NCBI GenBank assembly: GCA_963555755.3 | Contig: OY820905.2 | Coordinates: 896,001-960,000, forward strand | Length of the DNA: 64,000 nucleotides | Origin: Nitrospirales bacterium | Lineage (GTDB): Bacteria; Nitrospirota; Nitrospiria; Nitrospirales; UBA8639 | Direction: 5' to 3' | Shown here: positions 49,416-59,667 of the stretch, piece by piece | Numbering within the stretch: the first letter of the stretch is position 1 | Layout: the number at the start of each line of letters is the position of its first letter | The notes under the pieces: model-generated | Databases searched by the model: none | What the model was told of the DNA's origin: nothing | The model's input: the letters and a program-made list of their open reading frames with translations, nothing else | Position numbers and translations under genes: made by a program

Positions 49416-51318
49416 CAGGGCCATTTCATTCTTTTTATAAGCAAGGGATTCCATGAGTTTTTTTTGATCACTTTTTCAGGGCAGAGCCATGCGGATGGCT
49501 ACATGGGGCTTGGCCCAGAGCCATCGAAACGCCTGCGCGATATTGGTTTGGCCTTTCACGCGTAAGAGACTGATGGCATAGCGTCGCAGACAGGTCATGA
49601 CCATCGGGCCATTGAGCCGTCGGATCTGACTCCGGTCTTCATCAAAGGTGACATCCAACACATAATGCTGCTTATTCTCCACACTCCAATGCTTCCGGTT
49701 TTGCGAGAGGATTTTCTTCGGCGAGGCCTTCGCTGGTGACTGACTTGTGACTCCGCATACGGTATCTACCGTCGTGATGCCCTTCTTGAGATGCGCGACT
49801 TCCCTCTCAATGCAGAAGACTTGCTGCACATGGGGAAAGGTGACAGAGGCATTCAGGGAGTCGTCGCACCAGATCCTGCGGATCGTGATTCGCCCATGGC
49901 CCTTATCGGTCGTCTCATCATCACATCGTTGTGCGGTCAAATCCAAGGCCTCAATGTCGTGCTTCAAGGTCGGCTGGTTCCCCTTGACGGTGAAGACGAA
50001 GTCGGCCCCGCGTTCTTGCACAAGGTAATTTGCGATCTCTTTCTGGGTGAGGAGCGCATCCGCCGTGATGACCTTCCCTTCGATCTCCAGCTCATCTAAT
50101 AAGGGACGCACGCAGGGGATCTCATTGGTCTTGGTGTCGACTTTTTTGGGGTGAGGTGGCGCCCCTCGTCATGGGTGACGGCGCTGAGGACATGGGTCTG
50201 TTCGCTCGGGACCTTCGAAGTCCCCCGCATGGTCTTGCCATCAATGGCGATGCCCTGATCCTCCCCCCCAAAGGTGTCCAGCCACCGGCCGAGCAGGGTG
50301 TCGACTTCCCAGGGGTCGACGGCCGAGATAAATCGGTAGAGTGTGCTGCGGCTCGGGACGAGGTAGCGGCCCCCTCGTTTGGTGCATCCCAGCCGCTTGC
50401 GCATCGTCTGAGATAACTGCTGGGCCCAGTCCGAGATCGCTTCATAGCCATCGGCGCCGCACAAGGTGGCACAGAACATGATCGCGGTGAGGGCGCGTCG
50501 GGTGTGTCGTTGCCCTTGCAAATTGCGTGGATCGGTCAATTGCACCACATAGGTAAACAGGGAGTTCGTCTGCTTGGCATTCAATCGCATCTGAGGTACC
50601 TCTCCTTTCTGATAGAGCGGCTCCAACATCGGGCGGGCCAGGATCGCTCGGGCTTGGGGATGCAGACTTCTGACCAGAATTCGTTTGGGGCGGTCATGCG
50701 GAACATACCGCGTATTGGCCTTGCGAAACCCTCGGGTCAGCCCGAGCTCCTGCCACCCGGCGGCTCGATAGCAGGTCCCGGTGAAGCGGGCAGGATCGAC
50801 GAAGGTTTCTAAGAGGAGCACGGGGTAGCCGTGGCACATTTGCCAATCAGCCGTGATCCGTTTCGTGCAGAGCGACAGGACTTTCGAGGCAAGGTTCTTT
50901 TGCGAACAGCCCGGCAGGATGAGAAACCGGGTGTTGTTGGCTAGTAAATGGAGGCGTTGCCAGTGAAAACAGGGGGGCCAGCCGATCCAGTGGTCGCGCG
51001 GTTTCGATTTGAGGGCCGCCGCCGCAAACACCAGCAAGGCCAGCCAGCGATCCTGCACACAGGCGAGGTATTGGATCGATGGGCCAATCAGCGGGGCAGA
51101 CCCGAGGTAGTGATGTCTGTCGAGCAGGGTCTTGAAGGTGTCCTTCTCGTCCCGGACAATTGGGCGAACCACCACTTGCCCCAGATCGATGTCCGGCTGT
51201 CCGCTTGGGGATTCGTCTGGCATGAAAAAGAGTATGCCTCAAACGAAAAGAAAAAGCCAGCCTAAATCGATTATTCCTTATTATTTATGAAGTTACACTC
51301 TAATATGAAATAGCCCTG
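49416..51318 (-). mobile_element. complete ISAs1-family element with DUF4338 (1903 bp)
   Basis: IRs cagggc(c/t)atttcat; 10-bp AGGGGTAAGG direct repeat at 49406-49415 and 51319-51328. Confidence 0.95.
49476..51223 (-). CDS. DUF4338-ISAs1 transposase in two frames joined by a -1 shift at A_AAA_AAG (50141-50147)
   Basis: HHYLG, NNTRFLILP, LLETFVD (DUF4338); IAIDGKT; after the shift KVDTKTNEIP, ADAL, HWSVEN. Confidence 0.88.
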
Positions 51319-51403
51319 AGGGGTAAGGGGAGGAAAGTAGGACTCTTACCATCGACAACATAAGAACGCGTTAGCATACACACAATTATCTGAAGAACCT
51401 TGT

Positions 51404-51760
51404 TCAGAAAGATTTTGAGTCATTCGGTTGCTCAAGCGCTCGACAGGGGCCGAGTACGGTCATGAGGATAATCCCCTGGCGAAGATTCTGGGGGTGGGCT
51501 AAGCCCAATCGTCTTCTAATATTTTTTTGCCGAAACGTCCTGCTTCGATCAGTGGAAACGGGAGTTGGCGATTGCTGCTTCTGGCCCAGCACCAGGGTTT
51601 CTTCGGTTGGGCTCAACTCCAAGGCCGACCTGGAAGACCATTCAATCGGTGCCCCCTCGTACGACGCCTTGTCCATCTGTTCCTTCATCCACCGAGCGCC
51701 AACCGAGAGTCCCCAGACCATCAGGGCCAGACCGAAAAAAATAATGCTTTCCATACTCAT
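51404..51760 (-). CDS. small membrane-anchored protein of the nfeD-floA operon (YqfB-like position)
   Basis: N-terminal [19 protein letters not shown]-terminal motif; ATGA overlap. Confidence 0.7.
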   Translation of the reverse strand: MSMESIIFFGLALMVWGLSVGARWMKEQMDKASYEGAPIEWSSRSALELSPTEETLVLGQKQQSPTPVSTDRSRTFRQKNIRRRLGLAHPQNLRQGIILMTVLGPCRALEQPNDSKSF

Positions 51761-52734
51761 GGCTTCTGCCCGCTCGGCGGATCGTCTTCACTGCCCGCAA
51801 TGGAGTCGCGCATCGCCGTATCAGCCTGAACATTCTTCATTCGATAATAATCCATTATCCCCATGTTCCCTTGACGGAATGCGTCGGCCATGGCCTTGGG
51901 AACTTCGGCTTCCGCTTCCACAACCCGTGCTCTCATCTCTTGTTCCAACGCGACAGCCATGGCACGTCGTTCCTCGGCTTTGGCTTGGGCAATTTGTTTA
52001 TCCGCATCCGCTTGATCAATTTGCAGTTTGGCCCCGATGTTGATTCCAACATCAATATCGGCAATATCAATAGACAAAATTTCAAACGCCGTTCCTGCAT
52101 CCAGTCCTTTACTCAATATATACTTGGAAATTTCATCAGGGTTTTCCAACACATGCTTATGCGTGGCCGACGATCCGATCGCACTGACCATCCCTTCCCC
52201 GACTCGGGCAATCACGGTTTCTTCCCCGGCCCCTCCGACTAAGCGATCGATATTGGTCCGAACCGTGACACGAGATACGGCAATGAGCTGGATGCCATCC
52301 TTGGCCACAGCGGTAATGCGCGGCGTCTCAATGACCTTGGGCAGAACCGACATTTTCACGGCCTCCAGGACATCCCGTCCCGCGAGGTCAATCGCCGCTG
52401 CTCGTTTGAACGAGATCGGAATATTGGCCTTATCCGCGGAGATCATGGCATTGACCACCCGCACCACGTCCCCACCAGCAAGAAAATGCGCTTCTAAATC
52501 ATTGATGTTAATATCGATGCCAGCTTTTACGGCCATAATCCGTACATTCACCACTGTTCCTGGTGGCACCCGGCGAAATCGCATACCAATCAACGTCATC
52601 AATCCCACATACGCATTGGAAGCCCATGCCGCAATCCACAGGGGAATGGGGACCAGAAATAATATAAATGCCAGCGCCGCTACCACAACAAGAAGAAGAG
52701 CGAGCGATCCAAATACTTGTGTTTCCGCTCCCAT
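51757..52734 (-). CDS. floA: flotillin-like protein FloA (YqfA/SPFH)
   Basis: [42 protein letters not shown]. Confidence 0.93.
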   Translation of the reverse strand: MGAETQVFGSLALLLVVVAALAFILFLVPIPLWIAAWASNAYVGLMTLIGMRFRRVPPGTVVNVRIMAVKAGIDININDLEAHFLAGGDVVRVVNAMISADKANIPISFKRAAAIDLAGRDVLEAVKMSVLPKVIETPRITAVAKDGIQLIAVSRVTVRTNIDRLVGGAGEETVIARVGEGMVSAIGSSATHKHVLENPDEISKYILSKGLDAGTAFEILSIDIADIDVGINIGAKLQIDQADADKQIAQAKAEERRAMAVALEQEMRARVVEAEAEVPKAMADAFRQGNMGIMDYYRMKNVQADTAMRDSIAGSEDDPPSGQKP

Positions 52735-54140
52735 TAGGTTTCACCCCTTTCCGGTTGTTCCGTACACGGTCGGACAACCACTCTATTTCCATCCACGTGA
52801 ACCACCTCGATTAATTTCCCCGCTTGAATAAATTCTCCTTCAGACACGACATCGACTCGCTGCCCGTTGATATGGGCAATTCCCGCCGGACGAAGATCCG
52901 AGACGGCATCACCCTGTTTTCCAAGCCATTGACGATCTTTATCAGGTGTTGATTCGTAGCCTGCTTTCGCTCCAAGCTCGGTATCAAGAACCAGCCGTTT
53001 TCCAAATGGAAGACGCGGGAAGATTCGCAAGAGAACCAGCCCAATGACAATGGCGACAAACAAAGATATTGCCACTTGACCTACTGCTTCCAACATAACC
53101 TCCCACGTGGCTCCAGTGCCAACAAGACTTAATCCCAGACCAGCCAGGAGTGCCGCAAGTCCCAGGACGCCGAAGAGGCCAAACCCGGGAATAATAAACA
53201 CTTCGACACCAACCAGAATCAGACCAAGACCAACTAGCAGCACTTCCTCCAGACCAGCTAAACGAACAATCCCATGCCCCCAGAAAAACAACGCGAGACT
53301 GATAAGCCCCAGCGTACCCGGAATCCCAAACCCGGGCATTCGAATCTCGACAAAGATGCCCAAGATGCCGAGTGACATCAGCAACGAACTCACCGCGGGA
53401 TTCGTGAGAAACCGAACGAGGGTTTCGGCCCACGTCTCCGACACGTGACGAACGTCGGCATCCTCGAGATTGAGGGACTGTAACACAAGTTCGAGGGAAT
53501 TCGCTCGAAAATCCGCCACCTTGAGTTTCAGTGCTTCCTCTGTAGTCAGGGTAAGCAACTTTCCTTTGTCGATGACATCTTTAATTTCAACATCCGCATC
53601 GACCATAGCTTCTGCGACCAATCCCGGCCGCTTGCGCATTTCCGCGGTGGCCCGAAATTCTTTGCGCATGTACGACACAGTCTTTTCCGCAACGGGTTGG
53701 GCGGGGGCACCAGGCGCTCCTATTTGAACTGGCGTGGCCGCACCAATTGTGCTGCCATCAGCCATGACTATTGTTTCAGCAGCGAGACTAATCAACGCCC
53801 CCGCCGAAATCGCCCTTTTATTAATAAAGGCCACCGTGGGAACTTTGGAGTCGAGAAGCGCATCGCGAATCAAAACCGCCGCATCGACCCGTCCACCAAA
53901 TGTGTTCACTTCAAGCACCACAGCCCGAACACCCGCTTGTTCTGCTTCGTCCAGCACTCGCTGAATGAATGGAGCCAAGCCCAAATCAATCATCCCCTCC
54001 ACCGGAACAACAAACACAATAGGCCTTTGTGCCTGCACGAGCATTGTTCCCCAAAGGAAGATTGCCAATGCAACCATCAGCAACATTCTCGAATATCGCG
54101 TCTGCCAAGTTTGATTGATCACGATAATTCCTTTGGCCAT
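52734..54140 (-). CDS. nfeD: NfeD-family membrane protein with ClpP-like domain
   Basis: [29 protein letters not shown]...VDVVSEG. Confidence 0.92.
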   Translation of the reverse strand: MAKGIIVINQTWQTRYSRMLLMVALAIFLWGTMLVQAQRPIVFVVPVEGMIDLGLAPFIQRVLDEAEQAGVRAVVLEVNTFGGRVDAAVLIRDALLDSKVPTVAFINKRAISAGALISLAAETIVMADGSTIGAATPVQIGAPGAPAQPVAEKTVSYMRKEFRATAEMRKRPGLVAEAMVDADVEIKDVIDKGKLLTLTTEEALKLKVADFRANSLELVLQSLNLEDADVRHVSETWAETLVRFLTNPAVSSLLMSLGILGIFVEIRMPGFGIPGTLGLISLALFFWGHGIVRLAGLEEVLLVGLGLILVGVEVFIIPGFGLFGVLGLAALLAGLGLSLVGTGATWEVMLEAVGQVAISLFVAIVIGLVLLRIFPRLPFGKRLVLDTELGAKAGYESTPDKDRQWLGKQGDAVSDLRPAGIAHINGQRVDVVSEGEFIQAGKLIEVVHVDGNRVVVRPCTEQPERGET

Positions 54141-54304
54141 GCCTCATGGAAATGACGATCGGGTAAACGTCCAGTGCGGAAGAACACAGACACCCTATGA
54201 AAATGGGATATGAATTCTCAAGGGAAGAATGAAAAGGAAAGGATTCTCTTTTTAACAGAACAACGTATGGTCAGTTGGCCACTCAACGCGATGGAAGAAA
54301 TTTG

Positions 54305-55960
54305 CTAATTTTCCGAAAGACCCTGCAACAACTCCACGCAATCCGGCTCTCGCAACTTGCGTAGCGCCACGGCTTCGATTTGGCGAATCCGTTCTCGGGT
54401 GACCCCAAAATCTTCGCTGATTTCTTCCAGCGTGTGGTCCTTTTCGAACCCGATGCCAAAGCGCTTTTTAATGATATATGCTTCACGATCAGTCAGCACG
54501 CCTAACGCGGAAGCAACTTTCTGCTGCGCATCATACCGTTCAGCGGCGGCATACGGTGGGTGGATATTCACATCCTCGATGAAATCACCGAGACGCATGT
54601 CTTCGCTGTCACCCACTGGCGAATCGAGGGACATCGGTTCCTTAATACAATTCGTAATGTCTCGCACCTTCTCATAGGTGAGATCCAGCTCAACCGCTAG
54701 CTCCTCGAGTTTCGGCTCTCGGCCTAATTGTTGAACCAATTGTCCCTTCACACGTTTGACCTTTTGCATGGCCTCATGCATGTGCACCGGAACCCGAATG
54801 GTATTGGCCTGATCGGCGAGGGCACGGGTAATGCGCTGCCTGATCCACCACGTGGCATAGGTGCTAAATTTATACCCACGTTGGTATTCAAATTTTCCCA
54901 CGGCTTTCATCAAGCCTAAATTTCCCTCTTGGACTAAATCCAAAAACTGTAAACCCCGACCCATGTACCGTTTAGCAATACTCACAACCAAACGAAGATT
55001 AGCACTCACTATGTCCGACGTCCCTCGTTCAATGTGAGCCTCGGCTTGTTCCAGTTCCTCAATAGCCTTCACAAACTGCTGCGTAGGCATGCGGACCACA
55101 TCTTCTTGGAGACGCTCAAGTTTGGTTTGCGCATCGATCATGCTGGCCATAAGGGATTCGGCCTGAATATTGGACAGTTTGGATATTCGTTGCTTGGAGA
55201 GCAAGCCGACCCAATTCGGACGCCGTTTGTTAAGATTCTTCTTGAACTCTTCTTCTCGCAAACCGAACTGCCGTGCGCCTTCCTGCAATACATAGAGGTA
55301 CGAACGCACGTTCCCGCCTTCGGCCTTCACGCGCGCTAGGCACTGTGCCTGAAAGCCAGTCGAAAGGTTTAGGTGTCGGATCTGGACTGCAATTTTTTGA
55401 TGAAGAAGTTCCCGACGTTTTTCAGTATCGGCCATCGTCTGTTTGGAAGATCCATGGCCATTCACAGCCTCTGGCAATGCCCTGAGGGTTTTCGCATGTC
55501 GGCGTACCGCGCTGAGGCATTGCAGGGTATGGGCTAACATCACCTCTTGGCTTTGAGAGTCCTCAATGCCCTTCCCATCATCCCCTTCTCCCGCCCCTTC
55601 AACAGTTACCACTTCGCGAAGAGGAATCTCCTCACGACGTAATAATTCATGAACGGTCCACAGATACTCTAAGATGATCGGCAGAGTAAACAAGACGGCC
55701 CATAGGTCGGCCTTGCCCTGTTCAATTTGTCGCGCCAGCCGAACCTCACCTTCTTGGGTCAGCAGAGGCACTTGCCCCATTTCTTTCAGGAACATATGGA
55801 CAGGGCTCTTGGACTCCCCCGCATATTCCTGACGAGGCTGGATCTTCAATGTATTCGTAAACTTCGTAGACATCACATGATTACCCATCCCAGCCCGCAC
55901 CCCTTCGAAGTCAGAGACGGCTTCCCCGCCTTGAACGAACATGTCAAATGATTTTCTCAT
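54305..55960 (-). CDS. RpoD-family sigma-70 factor lacking an obvious region 1.1
   Basis: [47 protein letters not shown]. Confidence 0.92.
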   Translation of the reverse strand: MRKSFDMFVQGGEAVSDFEGVRAGMGNHVMSTKFTNTLKIQPRQEYAGESKSPVHMFLKEMGQVPLLTQEGEVRLARQIEQGKADLWAVLFTLPIILEYLWTVHELLRREEIPLREVVTVEGAGEGDDGKGIEDSQSQEVMLAHTLQCLSAVRRHAKTLRALPEAVNGHGSSKQTMADTEKRRELLHQKIAVQIRHLNLSTGFQAQCLARVKAEGGNVRSYLYVLQEGARQFGLREEEFKKNLNKRRPNWVGLLSKQRISKLSNIQAESLMASMIDAQTKLERLQEDVVRMPTQQFVKAIEELEQAEAHIERGTSDIVSANLRLVVSIAKRYMGRGLQFLDLVQEGNLGLMKAVGKFEYQRGYKFSTYATWWIRQRITRALADQANTIRVPVHMHEAMQKVKRVKGQLVQQLGREPKLEELAVELDLTYEKVRDITNCIKEPMSLDSPVGDSEDMRLGDFIEDVNIHPPYAAAERYDAQQKVASALGVLTDREAYIIKKRFGIGFEKDHTLEEISEDFGVTRERIRQIEAVALRKLREPDCVELLQGLSEN

Positions 55961-56002
55961 AACCGTTTGTCTTTATTGTCCACTCAACGTTACGCAGCCT
56001 TA

Positions 56003-56159
56003 GGGCTCGCGCAAGAATAGCTTCCTCTGTGTGGGCGTCGATCCATCCCGCCTGGCGGCGTTGCTCGTCCTTTTCATACGAAGGGTATGCGCAGTCCTCG
56101 CGCCTTCTCAGACAGGTGTCTCAGCACCCACACAGAGGAAGTTATTCTTGCGCGAGCCC
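56003..56159. mobile_element. Family E MITE inserted in the last codons of a zinc-ribbon gene, TTA duplication
   Basis: tta|gggctcgcgcaagaata ... tattcttgcgcgagccc|tta. Confidence 0.9.
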
Positions 56160-56332
56160 TTAGAACCGGGATGCGTTGATTTTTGTGGTAATGGGGTCTC
56201 GCCTTGAGCTTTGTTGAGATACGTTGTCCCCCCACAATTCAAGCACCGTAAAATCGCAATCTTTAAATAGGGTCCGTCCGGATCATACAACTGATCCCGC
56301 ACGACCAACCCTTGACATCTTGAGCATTTCAT
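56108..56332 (-). CDS. small zinc-ribbon protein with MITE-derived C-terminus
   Basis: GGGAG RBS; MKCSRCQG...RCLNCG. Confidence 0.75.
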   Translation of the reverse strand: MKCSRCQGLVVRDQLYDPDGPYLKIAILRCLNCGGTTYLNKAQGETPLPQKSTHPGSKGSRKNNFLCVGAETPV

Positions 56333-56457
56333 TTTTATCTCCCTCACGGCTCCTGGCCGCTTTCAATAAACTTGTAAGCTGGGACTGTGGAAGAATTGAA
56401 ATATTTCCATTATACCATCCGCATGTAATTCATCTCATAAACCTCCAAGAGCAAGAG

Positions 56458-56579
56458 GGGATGTTCAAAAAGGTGCGCTCAGCAAGGCCGCAGGCACTTT
56501 GGCGCGCGGAGCGTACGGGTGAGTACGTGAGCACGACAAAGGGCCGAGAACGCCGCTGACGACCTTTTTCAACATTCCC
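56458..56579. mobile_element. Family A miniature element
   Basis: gggatgttcaaaaagg ... cctttttcaacattccc with the shared core. Confidence 0.85.
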
Positions 56580-56742
56580 AAGCTGAAAATACCGGATACG
56601 TGAGATCTTTCGTGGTCGAAGACATTCACGCACTCTTCTTCTGATAATCAATGTTCTTCTTATTTCAAGTAGGCTTTCTCACATTTATGAAATTAATTTT
56701 CCCACAATCGAATCAAACCTCTTGTTTTTTCTCTTTTCTACT

Positions 56743-56794
56743 GGTTACTATAGGTATCTAATTACAAAAGTAAAGTAGGTACCGAAAAGTAACC
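56743..56794. promoter_or_regulatory. putative HxlR-family operator region
   Basis: GGTTAC...GTAACC-bounded AT-rich tract with repeated TAC-N-GTA motifs directly before the ATG. Confidence 0.45.
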
Positions 56795-57148
56795 ATGAAA
56801 TTACCGATTAGCCCTGCTGGCTGCCCACTCGATGCCCTTCTCCGCGTCCTTTCAGGTCCCTGGACCATTTATATCCTCTGTCGGCTGCATCAAAACGGAC
56901 CTACCCGATTTGGTCAACTCAAGCGCCAACTTGTGGGAATTTCATCAAAAATGTTGACGGAACGGTTACGAACCCTGGAAAAAGCCGAGATTGTATTCCG
57001 ACATCACAATCCAACGGTTCCCCCGCAAGTCACATATGGGTTGACTGAAGAAGGTCAGGAACTGACCACGGTCTTGGACCAACTCAATACCTTGGCTCAA
57101 CAATGGGGAGCCGAATCGCAAGGCTCAAACCACAAACTCGCCAGTTAA
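56795..57148 (+). CDS. HxlR-family winged-helix regulator
   Basis: CPLD..L..LSGPW, RFGQL, ISSKMLTERLR.LE, VPPQVTY.LT. Confidence 0.92.
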   Translation: MKLPISPAGCPLDALLRVLSGPWTIYILCRLHQNGPTRFGQLKRQLVGISSKMLTERLRTLEKAEIVFRHHNPTVPPQVTYGLTEEGQELTTVLDQLNTLAQQWGAESQGSNHKLAS

Positions 57149-57573
57149 CACCCTCTATCCAACATTATTGATCCTAGGCCCGCACAGGGAGCCTTTTCTT
57201 ACCTCATTTCTGTATTCCACCGTTTTTCATCAGGTGAGTAAACCGAAAAACAGCAGGTGTCAATCTCGGGATCCTTTGACTGCTGCGGGAGCTGTGGCGC
57301 TCAGGGCGAACAGACTCTCACCCAACGGATGACGGCTACGCAACCCCGTTCGGGTTGAGCCCTGAGCATGCCGAAGAGTCGAAGCATGAACGGGAGAATT
57401 GCCATGTCACTGCCATTCTCACGAAAAATTCTTGGCCACCTATAGCAAGGAATTGAGAGGGGGGGAAACGTGAAATTCTCCCTTGCCCCCCTTTAGAAAG
57501 GGGAGCAGGAAGGATTTTTTCAAAGAGGGACCCTTTGATGTCAATCAGGCCAAGGCCTCCAGAAGACACTAAA

Positions 57574-58935
57574 TTATCGGCTTGAGGAAGCAGGACGCGA
57601 AGATCGACGTGGTCGATTCGGCGCAAAATTTCCGGCCCGTTCTGTAGGCCTTTCTAAGCGATTGCCATTGGGACTATCACCCGATTGAGGTCGCGAAGAT
57701 CCATTCAAGGAACGCTGCCGAGCAGGTGTTCCTGCGGGTCTCGGGCCTGGTCGCCCCCCAACCGGTCGTGATCGCGGAGTGTCTCTGTTCGGCCGTTGAC
57801 GAGACGGAGGCCGGCTTCCTGGTGCACAGGGAACCGCATGACCAAGCAGTCGTTCAATGGCTTGCAACGATCGAAAATCTTCACCAGTAACAAAACTCGT
57901 GGCGGATCCGATAGCTTTCATCCGCGCGGTTCGGCCAATGCGATGGACATAGTCTTCCGGTACAGTGGGCAGATCATAGTTAATGACATGACCAATATTT
58001 GCGATATCCAGTCCACGAGCCGCAATATCCGTTGCAACCAAAATCCGAAACTGTCCACGACGAAATCCTTCAAGCGCGGCTCGTCGCTGCGTCAGACGAC
58101 GTCCTCCATGGAGTACCGCGACCCGATGCCCTCCTCGATCCAAGGTTTCTCCCAACCGATCAGCCCGGTGCTTCGTCCGAGTAAACACGAGCACGGACTC
58201 CCCTTTTTCTTGAAGAAGCGAAAGCAACAACTGCGTCTTATCTGATGAAGTTGTGTGATGCAGCATGTGCGTGATCCCTTCAGCAGGCGTCGCGGATTTG
58301 TCGACCATGGCACGCACAGGATCTTTTAAGGACATGCGAGCCAAATCACCTAAATCGCTCGGCAGAGTGGCGGAGAAAAGCAACGTTTGCCGTTCCTCGG
58401 GTACTGCATCGAGGATTTGATTCAACTGCGGTGCAAAGCCCATATCCAACATCCGATCCGCTTCGTCCAACACCACAATTTCCAAATGTGCTAACGAAAT
58501 GGTGCCTTGCCACATGTGGTCTAACAACCGCCCGGGCGTGGCCACCAAAATATCGGGGCGTTGTCGCAGGCCACGAATCTGAGCCTGCATATCACTCCCA
58601 CCGACGATCGGCGTGGCAAAAATTCGTCGCGAGCGTCCAAGTTTTTCAATCACCTCTTGAATTTGAAAGGCCAACTCCCGGGTAGGAGCCAAGACCAGTC
58701 CGCGCGGACGGCCTTTGGATCCAGCAGAAAGGCGCTCAATCATCGGGATGACAAACGCGGCGGTTTTTCCGGTACCGGTTTGGGCACAGCCCAGTACATC
58801 GCGCCCTTCCAAGGCAGGGGGAATAGCTTTAGTTTGAATGGGAGTGGGCTCAAGCAAGCCCGCCTTGGTCAGTGATTGCAATAAGGGGGCAGACACACCA
58901 AGAGCATCGAACGACTGAGAAACGGATTGAGACAT
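57574..58935 (-). CDS. DEAD-box RNA helicase (RhlE-like)
   Basis: PTPIQ, AQTGTGKT, PTRELA, DEAD, SAT, ARGLD, HRIGRTAR; basic tail. Confidence 0.95.
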   Translation of the reverse strand: MSQSVSQSFDALGVSAPLLQSLTKAGLLEPTPIQTKAIPPALEGRDVLGCAQTGTGKTAAFVIPMIERLSAGSKGRPRGLVLAPTRELAFQIQEVIEKLGRSRRIFATPIVGGSDMQAQIRGLRQRPDILVATPGRLLDHMWQGTISLAHLEIVVLDEADRMLDMGFAPQLNQILDAVPEERQTLLFSATLPSDLGDLARMSLKDPVRAMVDKSATPAEGITHMLHHTTSSDKTQLLLSLLQEKGESVLVFTRTKHRADRLGETLDRGGHRVAVLHGGRRLTQRRAALEGFRRGQFRILVATDIAARGLDIANIGHVINYDLPTVPEDYVHRIGRTARMKAIGSATSFVTGEDFRSLQAIERLLGHAVPCAPGSRPPSRQRPNRDTPRSRPVGGRPGPRPAGTPARQRSLNGSSRPQSGDSPNGNRLERPTERAGNFAPNRPRRSSRPASSSR

Positions 58936-59371
58936 TAAAGTATTTCCTTAATCCCAAGAAAAGATTAAACCAGCAGAATGCCGTTGGCGGTCTCTTGGGA
59001 AACCGATAGACTCGACACACCAGTGCATTTCGCACAGGAACCCCTGAGCATTTTCATGACGCCCATGAATCCCGCTCCCTGTTCCACAAGGAGATGAGGT
59101 GCTGACATTCTGTTAGTGGGATCGTATGTGTACGTGTTCAGAAAACCAAACGAGGCAGAATCAGGAGGGAGTCCGCTCCGAGCAGGATCTGGTCGCGATA
59201 CGATCGCGGGTCCGAGTTTCATCTTGCCTTGTTAGCAGCCGGACCGTTTCAGCCAACAATAATACATAGATACAGCAGAACCAGGGTTGTGTCAAATTTA
59301 GCGGTTTCGCTCTTGACGTATAAGGTGCATTCAAGCGCCACAGTCTATCGGTTGAAGAACGATTATCTTAA

Positions 59372-59551
59372 GGACCTGCGAGAAAATAACTTGATCAATA
59401 TCGCGCCAAGATTGGGGTCGGATTTGGACGGAACGATTGAGAAAAACTCGAGGCATAGCACAGCTATGGTGAGGGTGTTTCGATTGAGGCCCGTTCAAAG
59501 ATGGCCCGAAGATTGGATGCGAGATTGATCAAGTTATTTTCTCGCAGTTCC
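59372..59551. mobile_element. Family C MITE
   Basis: Reverse-orientation match to 5335-5513. Confidence 0.88.
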
Positions 59552-59667
59552 TTAGAGAGTCCCAACATGGCCTTTTGTATTGTCACACTTCTCTTTCCCC
59601 TAGCTGAGTGAGATGAATTTTCCTCTTTGATCGATCACGACCACAATCTTCGTCAAGCGTCACACCG

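Noticed and set aside
50590..51223. Druantia defence system
   Set aside because: DUF4338 lies inside IS ends fused to a transposase, and no DruE helicase or other dru genes are present
52028..52831. Long antisense ORFs (also 22340-22984, 32629-33267)
   Set aside because: They are shadows of well-supported genes on the opposite strand
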